Below are positions 1 through 14,091 of a stretch of 64,000 nucleotides of DNA, in pieces (the first letter of the stretch is position 1; the number at the start of each line of letters is the position of its first letter). The DNA is from Eledone cirrhosa. Its lineage: Eukaryota. The DNA is taken from contig OZ024740.1 in assembly GCA_964016885.1 (NCBI GenBank), positions 395,684,001 to 395,748,000 of the forward strand, written 5' to 3'. The translations under genes and the position numbers were made by a program. Under the pieces are notes generated by a model. That model was given only the letters and a program-made list of their open reading frames with translations. It made no database searches and was not told where the DNA came from.

Positions 1-283
1 TATAGACAATATGCCCCCACACCAAAGTGGTCGTGGAGGTGCCATGGCAAAAAAGCACCCAGCCCACACTGTAAAGTGGACGTGTAGGCGCCACTAAAAA
101 AGCACCCAGCACTCACTGTAAATGAGGTTGGTGTTAGGAAGGATATCCAGCTGTAGAAATCAAGCCAGAATCAGTTCCCGTATGAGCAAGGCATGGTCAG
201 CTGACCGGACACTGCCCACAACGAGACAACCCATCTAACCCATGCTAGCATGGAAGAACGGACGTAAAACGGGGATGATGATA
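1..283 (+). mobile_element. 3' UTR and (GAT)n tail of the RTE LINE family (truncated by the window edge)
   Basis: Nearly colinear with 54944-55232, the 3' UTR of the intact RTE copy; ends in gatgatgat. Confidence 0.85.
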
Positions 284-302
284 ATATATATATATTATAA
301 TA

Positions 303-406
303 ATTGTTTCTACTTTAGGCACAAGGCCAGCAATTATCCAGTGCATTACTGGTACTTTATTTTATCGACCCCGTAAGGATGAAAGGCAAAGTCAACCTCG
401 GCGGGA
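303..406 (-). mobile_element. tRNA-derived SINE fragment (family A)
   Basis: Reverse complement of the core ttgcctttcatccttacggggtcgataaaataaagtaccag found in the full copies at 18.2 and 22.5 kb. Confidence 0.8.
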
Positions 407-2029
407 TAATATATATATTATAATAATAATAATTGTTTCACAAGGCCAACAATTAACCAGTGCATTGCTGGTACTTTATTTTATAATATATATATATTAT
501 AATAATAATAAAATATATGATATATATATATTATACTAATAATAAAAAGGACGAGGTATTAGATCTTCATTGCACATGTGTGTGTCTGTGTGTGTGTGTG
601 TATATATATATGCATGCATTGATAACTGACATGATGTCTTCATATAATAGGTTTATGTTGCCAACTAGTGAAGATAGGAAAGAGGTCCAGGAAAATATTG
701 ATTTCATTCATAAATGCAGCTAAAAAGGATAAAATGCAGTTCACTGATTAATTACACCAATTTTCATTGATCAATTATTGATGCTCAGTTCACCATTTAT
801 AGGCTGTGCTCATCTAATTGCTTCTGATACTGCGTAGCAGCAGCAGCAGTGGATTTTGCTGTTGTTTTTTTAGTTTTGTGATGGTTGTAGTGATGGCTGT
901 GTTGTAATGGGGGTTGGTAGTGGTTGCTGTTGTAAAGTTGTTTGATAGAAGTAGCAGTATGTATTGTTTAGCCCTTAATCAGCTCTCATTATGCAGGCAT
1001 AAGATCATAGGCATTGTCTCCTTTTAATTTTTTTTTTCCAAACATAATTCAGTGTGTCCTTTCTTTTATATGGCAGTATGGTGTGTGATTTGATCAAGAT
1101 TTGGCTGCTATTTCTTCTAAGTTAAGCTATTATGTTCCCTTATTGACTAAGAGTGGTATGTCTTTATAGAGGTGATAGCTCAATCAGTTTGAGAATTAGA
1201 TGGAAAGTTTCAAGCATTGAATTAGTGCCCCCATATTATCTTTCTGTAGTAGTTTTCTTCTGTGTGGGAGGGTTTGCATCTGTTCCTGTGTGTATGTCTG
1301 TGTTTGGCATATGTATACTAGTGTGCAGGTAGGTGGGTCAGTGGGTAGCTAAGTACATAGGTAGGTAGGGAGAGGAGTGAATGAATGAATGATGAGTGTG
1401 TATATATATATATACATATATATATGTGTGTATGTATATATATGTATGTATGTATATTAACTGGTTGAATGCCTGGCTTTGATTCCTTTCTTCAACAAAT
1501 GTATCTTATATTACTTAGAAGTGAAATTTCTGGACTGAGGAGGGCGAGTCGTTATAGTTGTTTTGTGTGTTTTTGTGTTTGTGTAGAGGAACACTTCTAA
1601 TACATAATGAGGTTTCTATGTTTTCTCTTAATTCTTTTATCATTCTCTACTGGTTACACCAATTTCCTTTTATCACACTTCCCCTCAACTACCTCTGTCT
1701 CTCTCTATTTCTCAGATTCACTTTTACTTTTTAAAAACATTTTTCTTTCTCTCCTTTGTCCTTTCACTCTACCCATCTTCCACTTTCTCTACCTTTCTTA
1801 CATTTCTTTGCCCTCGTATTATTGACATACACATAAACAACCATTTGTATATATGTTTGCATGTACTTATATGCATGCAAGTGAACATGTATGTATGTAT
1901 ATATATATAGTATATATTATATATTAATGAGTTAATGCATTATACAACATTTAATTAACTATGTTGTCAGCTCTCAATTTATACAATAAGACAGAAAACT
2001 GAGACACCTTCTCAAGGAAGCCTGTTCAG

Positions 2030-2665
2030 TGCACTCTACATATGAATGGAGTTCCACTGAAGCAGGTGGGGGAGTTCATGTACCTCAGAAGGATTGTCAT
2101 GAGTGGTGGAAGGCAGGAAACTGAATTAAGTGCAAGAAATGCAGGAGTTGGTGCAGTAATGCACCAGCTTCAACATTGGAGGAAGGTGTAAAAGCCAAAC
2201 TCACTATTTTCAATTCAGTATTCATGCCAGCCCTTACCTATTGTCATAAATCTTGGATAATGACCGAAAGAATACAATCGTGGATACAAGCGGCTAAAAT
2301 AGAGTTCCTCCAAAAGGTCTTTGGAGTAACATTACTTGATAGACTGCTTAGGTCAGAGAGTCGCTCTCGGTAGAGCCGCTACTTCTCCTAATTGAGAGAT
2401 AACAGCTACGATATTACAGGTTAGAATGTCTCAGGAAAGAATTGCTGGAGAGATTTTATGGGCAAAACTAATTGGCAGAAAACTCATGGGTAAACCCTGA
2501 GCAAGATGGTTGGATAACGTCCATGAACTTGGCTAGTCTCACTTGGCGATCCAGCCAGATCAGTTGGAGATGGTTGCTTCTGACAGGAATTGCTGGCAGG
2601 AGTGTTGAGGACTCTGCCTTCACAACCCTCTCAGGAATAAGTAGGCAAAGAAGAGAAAACAGATA
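2030..2665 (+). mobile_element. Degenerate non-LTR retrotransposon 3' fragment (RTE-like)
   Basis: Broken frames with LINE C-terminal motifs (AKLTIFNSVFMPALTYCH.SW; GRP..RW-type end). A related copy lies in the opposite orientation at about 36790-37235. Confidence 0.65.
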
Positions 2666-4171
2666 ATCACACCTCATCCACTCAGGGAAAATAAGTGTTG
2701 CAGGTGGTTAGATTATTTGCTTCACAAAGCTCTAGGTGCCTCAGACTCTTTTTGTTCCTCAAGCTGTTCCCGTAACCATCATGTACTAAAAAGTAACCAT
2801 CTTGATACTGCCTAACAAGTCCATTAAAGCCATGATAATGAAGTTGGTGTCATTTCTTACTGAGATGATCTGCATGAGGTCCTCATAGAAATGATCCTTT
2901 TGCACATTACTCAATCCTTTTTTGTGGTGCAGAAGGGAAGATAACAGTTCTCATCACCTATGACCAATCTGATCAATCAACAAAATCTCAGACGTCATTC
3001 CCTTACCAATTAGAATGGAACTCATCAAATCAGACCAAGAAGATAAAGTTTCAATTTATTTTTCCATTGCTGATGCTAGTCGCAACTCCGAACATAAAAT
3101 AAAGTGTCTTGCTAAAGGACACCATGCATCATCTGGTAGGGGAATCAAACTTGCAGCCTCACAATTGCAAATTCAATTCTCTAACTACTAAGTCAAGTGC
3201 CATCACCAGTCTGATAGTCTGAGCTTGATGACTCTATTGCATATTCTAACTATCACAATTACTTTATCTATCCAACAGTATGTCTACTTCATCTATCCTA
3301 TCATTGTTACCTACCCATAAAAGTTTATAACTTGTATTCTTTGCCCATGAAATGTCAGAATGAGACTCCTCTCCATCTTACTTCTTGCACAGAATACACA
3401 TCTACTTTCTCCATTCTAGCATTTCGACATAATTCACTAGACCAATCTTTCATTGAGTTAACATTGATAGTCGCAGTTCTAAAATTTGTTACCTGAAAGA
3501 AAGGGATATCTGATGGTGGTTGGTCATCAGTTTTCTGAACTTGAAAGGAAGTATTTGATCACTTAGTGACTGTCAAAGGTTTCTAATACATAGCTAGATA
3601 TTTCTACCTAGCCACCCCTCTAACATGCACAACATTAACATAGTTAGTGTTATCTCTGTTTGCACACTTACAGTTTATTATATCTATACTATTCATGTTT
3701 TTAGCCTGGTTTTACTGACTGGATGATCTTCCTATAACCAACCACTTTATAGCATGGGCTGGGGACATTTTATCGTACCTTCATTACTAGAGAGGTGACC
3801 TGCCAGATCTAGAGTATCCCCTTTACATTGTCTCAGTATCTATTCAGATAGGAGATCTTCTTTGTGACTTTGCAGAGGCCACATTTACTGCAAATCATAC
3901 ATTCTCAGTATATATACTAAAACTAGATATATATCACTATATGGTAAAGAAGAGGAGGGAGTAAGGGCAATAAGGAACTATTAAAAAGAGAAAGAATTAT
4001 GAAAAATCAGGAGAGCAATGAGTGGAAATGCAAAGAGGAGTGGCTATGTTAAAGAGAATAAAGGAGAGGAATGCATGTAGGATAGAAGAAAGTCATATGA
4101 AAGTCATACACACACTCACACACATATGGAAAATAGATATTAAATGGTAACAATGATGATGATCATCATCA

Positions 4172-4505
4172 TCAGGTCGAGCTTGCTCGGCTTTCTACGA
4201 CACTTTTCCTCCATCCATCTCTGTCTCTTATAACGTTTGCCAGTTCTTCCGCAGTGCATTCAGTATCGTCCTCAAGTTGCTTGACGTATGTCTTCTTGGG
4301 ACGACCAGCGTTTCTTGCTCCATTAGATGGACTCCACAACAAGACATCACCTGCTATTTCTTCCTTGCTGCACCAACAGTGGCCAGCAAATCTGAGTCTC
4401 TGTCCACGTATTGACCTGCTGATAGGTGGTATATTGCCATAGAGATCCTTATTTGTTGGGTGTTCCCTCCAAGGCACGTTTAAAGCAGCGCGGAGCATAC
4501 GTGTG
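4172..4505 (-). mobile_element. LINE 3' end fragment with (GAT)n tail
   Basis: RMLRAALNVPWREHPTNKDLYG...RLRFAGHC...GRPKKTY...DRDGWR is a typical LINE RT C-terminus; a gat repeat follows the stop. Confidence 0.8.
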
Positions 4506-5062
4506 TATACAATGATGATGATGATACATATTGTATAGATGTACATTTATATTTTATGAGTGCTTCTCATATTTGTATGCATGTGCCTATATACACATAT
4601 ATTTATATACTTGCATGTCTGTATGTACTCTGCATGCATACATGTGTATATGTGTATGTGTGTGTGTGTATGCATGTGTCTTTATCTACATAATTATGTA
4701 ATCTTTATCACAGGTACTTTTACCAACATCCCAAAACATATAACATTAACTTCATACACACTAACTTCAGACATATATACACACTAGCTTTAAACACATA
4801 TAGTAACATATACACACTAACTTCAGACACATATAACACTCATATATTCACACATACTCACACCACATCTTTTCTATTGTTTTATTTTCAGATTTATCTA
4901 AATTGGAGCCACATTTTCTTGGCAATTTACTCTTTTATATTTATTCCTGCAATGGTTCATTGTGCAAGTGCACTCAGTGTGCAGTTTTTAACTGTATCTA
5001 TATGCATGTGGGGAATCTATTTTATGCATCTCTAATAACCACCCACGCCCCCACCCACCCAC

Positions 5063-5147
<85 letters not shown>

Positions 5148-6213
5148 AGCTATAACTATTTATGTGTGTAATTTTCATTATATCTTTTATTTGTCCTGCT
5201 TCATTTGGACTGCACATAGAAAGCCAGGAAACTAAGCCAAAAGCGTAGGCAGGGGCCAAAGGGCCAATTTTCATCATTATCATCATCATCATCATCATCA
5301 TAGATATTATTGTTATCATCAAACATTGATTGCCCTCATTCTCTTCATCTTCCTCGTCATTATTACTACCCTTCATTATCATAAAGCTAACAAGGAGCTT
5401 TAATATGGTATTTATCATGAGTTAACCATGGTATCTCAACATGTTCGTGCTGTAAATAGCAGCCAAACCTCTCTCAAATCACACCCTAATATATCAAAAA
5501 TGTTCAGATTGAATAGTATGACCTTGATAAGTAAAAAGACAATGGTCGCAGCTGGAATGATTTTGATTACGGTTGACCTTGGGTTAAACAATGCTAGAAA
5601 CATCATTGCTTTGATTATCATTATTGTAATTATCATCAGGCTGCTTGACTGGTTCTTGGGTGCCTTGAAGGAGTTAATTTTGTTGCAAGCAGTTTTTGTT
5701 TTACATGCCTACATTGACCTGTATATGTTCACACTGGTCAACAACTTCAATCTCACCTGTTTGAACAGAAGAGCCTACAAAGATCATGACCTCTGCCTCT
5801 CCTTCCATTACTAAATCATCATCATCATTTTACATCCACTTTCCATGCCAGTATGGCTTGAATGGGTTGTCACTGTCCAAGACTATATAAATGTTTGACA
5901 TGTTTTCTATGGCTAGCTGCCCTTCTTAATGTCAACCACATTACAGATTGTAGTGGGTATTTTATTATAGCATCAACACTAGATCTTTACATAATGTACT
6001 GAGTGCATTTTATTACAGCACTAGCACTATCAATTTACCTGTTTCCACTTGTCTATATGTGTATATATTTCAACTGCTGTATGTCTGTATACTTTCACTG
6101 CTTTATCTATATATATTTTCACTGCTCTGTATGTATATATATTTTCACACTTCTACGAGTATACGTTTCCACTTCTCTATATATGTGTGTATGCTTTCAC
6201 TGCTTTATCTATA

Positions 6214-6660
6214 CTAGCAGAAAAACCACCTTTCGGGTGGTTTTCTGCTGCCATGTGTAGTGTGCATATTGATATTATACGCAAATATATATACGCATGT
6301 AGATATGGTACATCAAATGAAATCGTAATTGACGATATGCACAGAAATTAAACGAAGTCTGTGTTACGCTCTCTTCTGTAATCAGTAAAGTAATCCATGA
6401 TACATTAAAAAAAAGACGCTATTATATATAAACTGCATATAATCTATATATCTAAAACAGAGAATGTCTGTCTGTCTGTCTGCTCACTAAAACTCGAGAA
6501 CCACCCAACCGATTGTTTTCAAATTTTACACATGTAATACTTATGGTCCTGTGAGTGTTTTGAGCAATAAATATTTCAAATTTCCAATGCCCTATGGACC
6601 GCATTAGGCGATTTAGCGATCTCTCTCTATAATACTTAGTCTTTCTCTTTTTAGATAGAT
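6214..6660. mobile_element. Helitron-like non-autonomous pieces
   Basis: A minus-strand hairpin (aaaccacc-cgaaa-ggtggttt) plus CTAG at 6214 looks like a Helitron 3' end. A|TC-tatata...(gtct)n at 6443 resembles the 5' end of the element at 32463-32738. Confidence 0.5.
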
Positions 6661-6754
6661 ACATAGATATAACGTTGCGCCCTTATAATATCTGTCTGTA
6701 TGCCTGGCTGTCTGCATTACGACATTATGACGCGGTGTGTGTATGTATATATAG

Positions 6755-6792
<38 letters not shown>

Positions 6793-6845
6793 GTGTGTCA
6801 CGTTTTTCGAAATATTTACTTCTGCGTTCACAGATTGATTTTTTT

Positions 6846-6896
6846 AGTTTCAGAAGATCCCGTTAAGGGTGAAAGCAGCGATTCTTTGCTTAAACT
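6846..6896 (+). ncRNA. Hammerhead-like motif with variant core CAGAAGA (U4A)
   Basis: agttt / CAGAAGA / t-ccc-gttaa-ggg-t / GAAA / gca..tgc / CUU / aaact: all three stems pair. Further copies at 19986-20040 and 62009-62051. Confidence 0.55.
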
Positions 6897-6907
6897 TTAA
6901 TCTGTTG

Positions 6908-6998
<91 letters not shown>

Positions 6999-7032
6999 AG
7001 ATTTGAATGGATACAGTTTAGTTGAAAGGAAT

Positions 7033-7153
7033 TTATTGACACGTGTTTCTATAACAGTTACATAACCTGAAAACAGCTGCTATCTACAAAGTATTAGTTA
7101 TGCAGACAATCAATATTTCAATGTTATTATTTACTGTCATTTCATCAGAATAA
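7033..7153 (-). ncRNA. Type I hammerhead ribozyme with long stem II insert
   Basis: Minus strand: ttatt CTGATGA a-atgacagt...actgttat-a GAAA cacgtg TC aataa. Palindromic stem III (ACACGTGT), GUC site, and AATAAA immediately after. Confidence 0.7.
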
Positions 7154-7705
7154 TATTACTGAGGACCTGTTTGGTTTTTATAGAGAATATTAGGAGAGAG
7201 GGGTGAAGTTGTTAGAAGAATAGTTGAGGGAGTGGTTTTTTGATAGCAGTGAGAATTTTTGGTGGCAGTGAGTAATTAGATTCCCATCTGTTGTTTTGAC
7301 ATTTTTATAGAATACATTATTGGTTATTTTTCTAAATCTATAGAGGGATTAGAGATAGTAAAGATATGCATGGTTGGTTTTGTGTTTGCACTTAATTAAC
7401 ATTCAGACTTAAATTTTTTCTTTCCAGTGTACGTATCCTTTCACCCACGCATTCTCACACAAACATATTTGCACCCCTCTACAAAATACATATACTCACA
7501 TTCACATAGTAACATGTTCATACTTACATACATATACACATGCATACATATATATATACACACATGTATTCATGTACATACATACGCGTTCATGTGTGTA
7601 CATTTTCATACTCAACTTATCTTTATATACACACGTATAGACACACACATATATACATACATACTCTAGTCTATGTGTATATATATACATATACATATAT
7701 ATCTA

Positions 7706-8634
<929 letters not shown>

Positions 8635-8635
<1 letters not shown>

Positions 8636-9905
8636 CATTTTAATACATGAATACACTTACATCTAACTATACACATCAAACATACATATATATTTACTTA
8701 TTTATATACATTTTCACATATATATACATACTTATGGTCGCTTTTAGAAACATTCATTATCGCATTTTTGCACATATTCTCATCAGCATATCTTTCCATT
8801 ATTAGTGTGGTAATTTGAGGTTATTAATATACATATATATGTTGAGAAGAAATTGTTTTTATATTTTTCTAACTAGATTGAGGTTTATATAGTTGGGGGG
8901 ATGTCCCTCTTTTATGTAATATTCGGCTTGTAGTGGAAAAAAGGGTTTTAGTTCGGTGACGGCAAAATAATGTTCGTTCAATTCTGTTATTCAGCAATTT
9001 CTTCTTGTGTGTGATTATGTAATAAATCTCAAGATTACACAATTTGCAGAAATTTTGGCTCCTGGAAAAGCTTTGGGTTTTAGCTAATTTCTCCCATTTT
9101 AGGGTAAACTTTTGATCGCTATCCCTGAGCGTCCAAGCTTTTCTGCTAAAGTTGTTACATTTCTTTGGCTCTGGTGTTTTATTGAGTAAGAATGCCTATA
9201 TAATCGAGATTTAAACGATGTTGCCGTTGATCCCACGTAATACCACTCGTTGCCTCCGGATTTAATGGTACACTTATAAATAATATTTTTTTCCAAGCAG
9301 TTATTGCCGAGGGGGCAGTTGTCAGGATAGGTGCAGTTACAGTTGTGTACGTTGGGTTTTCTCTGGAGTAGTATTGCGGACGAACTTAGGTGTGGTTTAT
9401 TTATGTTCTGTAGTGTATTGTCTACTGTTTTTTTGTGTTCTTTGTACTTAAGTTTTTAGTGTTTTCGTTTAACCTTCTAGTATTGATCTTTTTTATGTGT
9501 TGTTCAAGGTTTAACGCTGTAGAGTATGACAGTCTTATAGTGGTAGGGTTTAGGATTTTGTGGTATTTGTGTGATGTAGGAAAATGTCTCTTAATTATTT
9601 TAAAGAAGAGTACTGGTAAATTTGTACTAATGGAACTATTGTATTCGGGGTTATACCATAAGTACTCTTTGCATCGCTTTCTATTAGTTTTGTTTGTTGG
9701 TTTACTGGTGTGCATACTATGGTAGTAAGTGTGGTTTGGTGTTGTGTTATTATATCTACCTATGTGGGATTTATTTTGGGTGTTTTGATTGTTCCCATCT
9801 ATATACTCTATTTTGTTGAGGTGGCCTGCTTTACTAAGGGCGTTATCGTAGTATTCGGCGTGTTCCTTAAATACTTGTATGTTAGAAGATAGACCCGAGA
9901 TTCTA
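8635..9905 (-). mobile_element. 5'-truncated degenerate Penelope-like element (RT thumb, GIY-YIG, 3' UTR)
   Basis: ORFs 9422-9934 and 9099-9296 are homologous to the C-terminal part of the 14372-16537 protein (WYNPEY, IRLSYST, CNC..CPL, IIYKC..YVGST). A decayed HHR (tatg CTGATGA...TAAA...cata) lies at 8733-8790. Confidence 0.8.
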
Positions 9906-10156
9906 CTGTGTGTAATATTTATATTACAACACAACGGAAAATACTGTATATATGTATATAAATATAATTATATATTCATGTACAGATATTTTTGCATACA
10001 CAATAACAAAATATAAACAAAAGTATTTATTTCGCGATAAGGTATTGATTTTCTTCGCACGGAAAAAAACCCTGGTAATCTACGAAGAATTTTTTTTATA
10101 AGCACAAAATGTAGACACTATCTCAAGGCCGAGGTATTCCGTACTTCTCTGTACTG

Positions 10157-10222
<66 letters not shown>

Positions 10223-10381
10223 ATATATATATATTGTTATACTTTGGGAGGGTCATGTTGCCAATAAGAAACACACGCACCAGTTGCTTTCACTTCAATT
10301 TATTATAATAAATTTATAATAAATTTATAAATTTATAAATTTCTGGTTGGTTGGTTCCACAACCAGATAGTTGTTTATATA

Positions 10382-10428
10382 TAGTCATAGTTCTTTCGTC
10401 ACACACTCTGTGACCTCTTCAGTGACTA
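10382..10428 (-). ncRNA. Minimal type I hammerhead ribozyme in the inverted pLTR
   Basis: Minus strand: tagtca CTGAAGA g-gtcaca-gagtg-tgtgac GAAA gaac TA tgacta. 6-bp stems I and II, very short stem III. Confidence 0.75.
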
Positions 10429-10439
10429 GGGATTCCTCC

Positions 10440-11345
10440 ATTCCCATTATGCCAAACCCATGACTTCCAAACATCTGATCCACCGAAACTCAGCTGTTTC
10501 GGACCATACCAAAATCAACATACTGATTGCGGATTTGGTACGGGTGAAATGTGTCCCGCATGTGCAACCCCGAAGAACTAGAGAGACACATACAACACTT
10601 CATCCACCGTATGCAGTTCTCTGGCTACAATCAGAGAGATAAAATCAGAGTGTATAGAGGAGCCAGAACCAAATGGGAAAAAATGGTAAATAATGACATA
10701 AATGGGACCTGCCCCTTGTATAGGAGCAAATTTTGGAATAGAATAGAAAGAACTAGGAACAAGGCTAATAGAATAAACTCATGGTATGATAGCAATAAAT
10801 ACCAGAGTGTAATGTTCATCGATACAACCCCTAGAGGTGAATTAGCTTACAAATTTAGAAGGGCCCTAAATAAACATAAACTCAATATTAAGATAGTAGA
10901 AAGACTAGGTACCTCCGTAAAAACACTTATTAGCAAGACATACCCTTTTCAAAGACCCTCATGTATAGATAAGAAATGTATAACCTGTAAAATAAGCCCC
11001 CATATTAACTGTAAAACTAGAAATGTAGTGTATAGCATAAGATGTACTGAAGGACAATGTAGAGACAAAAATGTAGTGTTCATAGGTGAGACAGCCCGTA
11101 GTGTAGGGGAACGGATAAATGAACACTGGCGAGACCTTCAAGATAATAAAGAATCATCTGTACTCTACCAACATGCTAAAATAGAACACAAGGGTAAATT
11201 AGAGAACATAGAAATAAAAATAGAATCTACACACAGAAAAGACACAATGTTTAGACAAATTACAGAGGCAATAAACATAAAAGAATTACAACCAAAATTA
11301 AATAGAAAATATGAGTGGAACAGCAACAGCACAACTTACAATTAA
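10440..11345 (+). pseudogene. PLE RT C-terminus plus GIY-YIG endonuclease (truncated, one frameshift near 10548)
   Basis: HYAKPMTSK..IHRNSA..KINILIADLVR, then RMQFSGY, CxxC..C, VVYSIRC...FIGETARSVGERINEH, RQITEA, LNRK.EW. Confidence 0.8.
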
Positions 11346-11787
11346 GGACAAAATGAAAACACACACACACATAGAACAAACAACCAACCAGTAACATGTA
11401 AATAAACAAATAAATAAATGAACATAAACACACACAGACACCCGGATGTGGCGCATGCGCAGACTAAGCACACAACACACACACAGAAACAAAATGGCGT
11501 AGGGCAGAACAGAGGAGAGGCACAGAAACAAAGAAAGGAATCCCCAGTCACAGAGTGTGTGACGAAAGAACTATGACTATATATAAACAACTATCTGGTT
11601 GTGGAACCAACCAACCAACCAGAAATTTATAAATTTATTATAATAAATTGAAGTGAAAGCAACTGGTGCGTGTGTTTCTTATTGGCAACATGACCCTCCC
11701 AAAGTATAACAATATCGGTTTCAACACACGATTTCAGATAAAGAATCTTGCTAAACAAATTCAGAAGCGAAATATATATATATATAT

Positions 11788-14008
11788 ATAACGAAGGAAA
11801 TGTGGTAAGGAACCAGGTGGACCATAACGCACCAAAGTACTCAATACTTGAGGTAGTAGAGTGGGTAATAGGAACCAGTAAGACCCCGACAGCTGAGCAC
11901 AAGCCGTTTCGACGGCTAATTCTGGACTAAATGAAAAATTTATCCTGGTATTTAAATAGCCGATCTTCTCAAGGGGTAATTCCATATATGGTCAAAGTGA
12001 TTGTCAAAAATCAGTAGTAATTCTGTGGTTGCAAATTAGTAGGGGAGATGGTGGCTAAACCTGCCAGTAGGAGAAAGAGGGGAGGGGGTGGAGTAGACCC
12101 AATCAAGCGTTGGTAGTGCCAGCTACAGCTGGGCATGAGGTCAAAGAAGATACAGGGGAGGGGAGGGGGAGGAAATCGGAACGGTAGGTAGAACAATGGG
12201 GGTAGAAATATATAGGAAAGAAAAAATACTGAGAGTGAAGAAAAGCAAATAAGTGTAAAGAAAAAAGTAAAGTAAATTAAATTCTACGACCTAGGTCTCT
12301 AGCTATTGTTAGGCTAGAATAAATAAAGAAAGAAAGAAAGAAAGAAGTAAAGAAAGAAATAAAGAAATAACGAAATAAGTAAAAGAACTAGGTGGGACAG
12401 AATAGGCAAGGACCCTTTTAAGAGGTATAAGTACGTAAATGATACGGTGACGGGTCAACAAAAGAGGCCAAAATACTAAAGAGACTACGACGAAATAAAC
12501 AATAAAGGTTTCCATCCCGGGCACAATGCCAGCAACCACCCAGTGCAGCAAAGTGAACTTGTACGAGATAATAATTCTGAGTCCCGAGAAAAATATATAC
12601 TAATGCTAACTCTAAAAGATCTAAAACAGGCTACATGAAAGTTCGTACGAAGTAAGGGTAGAATACGGAAAAATAAATTCAGAATCCACCCCGCCCAAAA
12701 GAAAAGCGAAGAAAGAAATACTGAAACGAAAAAATAAGGCATAAGTGCCACTAAGAAATATAGAGGGCACAGAGAATAGTGGGAGCGGTCGGAAAAAGGG
12801 GACAAGTATCCGGGGTCTAAACCAACTGCTATAAAGGGCGGAGTCCGCCAAATCTATCATAGACTAGGGGAGGGGGTGGGGGTACTAAGGCTACAAGGGG
12901 CCAAAGGGCAGCCTCGGGTGGGCGAGAAAAGACGCCGACAAAGGAGAAGAGCTGGGGTAGAAGGACTAAGGAGAGAGGGGGGAAGGAAATAGAGGAAGCG
13001 ATAAAAGAATACAAAGAAGATCTTACGTCTCCCTTGGCAAGCAGGGGTTACCCATTGCAAAATCGGCAAGTGGGGTGTTATAGCCCTAGTCTACCCCCCC
13101 CCCCCCGGGTCATTATGGGGTTTGAGGGCGAGGTAAGTCCTACGCAATCTATGTTTACATGCAGTAACCAGTTCATCTTTCTTGTTTAGGAGTTGGTCCG
13201 TCGAAAACAGCATTTGTAAAGTTTCCTCCGAGCATAAATTGCACGGACGGCGTCCTCCCGTGTAAGAATTGGCTCTGGACAGTAATCTCCAAGTGAGGTC
13301 ATAGGTGATGTTGTTGTCCTTGAGGTCCCATATGTGGCCCGAAAGTGTAGTGGCGTGACGCCGGGCCGGGTTTCGGAAGGTATGTCTATGTTGGTATAGC
13401 CGGGTCTTGAAGTCACATGCGGTAAGTCCTATATAGGCTTTGTTGGAGGTATCCGTCCTCACGTTGCACTGGTAGATCACATTACGGTCTCTGCATCTAT
13501 TGTCGAGTGGGCAAATAGATCTATCCGGGCAGTTACACCTCCTGGTCGGTTCTCCACTGCTATTTAGGTTATTTCTGCCATCGGGGTTGAGTTTTTTGTT
13601 GTTAGAGGAGACGATGTTTTGTGCGAAGTTTGGTGTAGTGCTGTAAGAGAGTTTGATGGTATTTTTGTTAATTATGTTGTGGTAGCGGTGTTGTAATGGG
13701 AAGTGTTTTTCAATGAGCCTAAAGAATAGTTTCCCGATGGGAGTTGTCACCTCTGCGTTGTGGGGAGGATTGAACCATGTTACATTGCGTGAGCGGCGGT
13801 GTCTCCTGCTGGTTCCGCTAATGGGAGCTGGACAGTAGGATATTTCCTCCCGGAAACCACTCCGCTTGAGGGCCTGGTTGTAATAAGGCGCATGTTCATC
13901 GAATATCCGCTCATTAGCTGACAAACGGGATATGCTGAGGGAGATGTTTTTGACCAGGTTGTTTGTGATGTTCCTAGGATGGTTTGATCGGCGGTGGATG
14001 TAGTGCAG
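11788..14008 (-). mobile_element. Inverted, 5'-truncated duplicate of the adjacent PLE (3' ORF part, 3' UTR, full pLTR)
   Basis: Near-perfect reverse complement of 15614-17728 (mirror ORFs in the track), then continues through sequence equal to about 14175-14281 and ends in (TA)n. Confidence 0.95.
11883..11977 (-). ncRNA. Type I hammerhead ribozyme, U3:A8 variant (copy of 14092-14186)
   Basis: Reverse complement of the 14092-14186 motif. Confidence 0.75.
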
Positions 14009-14091
14009 GTTTAGCCACCATCTCCCCTACTAATTTGCAACCACAGAATTACTACTGATTTTTGACAATCACTTTGACCATATATGGAATT

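Larger units (their letters stand above)
10231..11715 (+). mobile_element. 5'-truncated Penelope-like element with an inverted terminal (pLTR) copy
   Basis: RT-thumb and GIY-YIG coding sequence at 10440-11345; inverted repeats 10231-10436 and 11537-11715; starts at a (TA)n tract. Confidence 0.85.
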
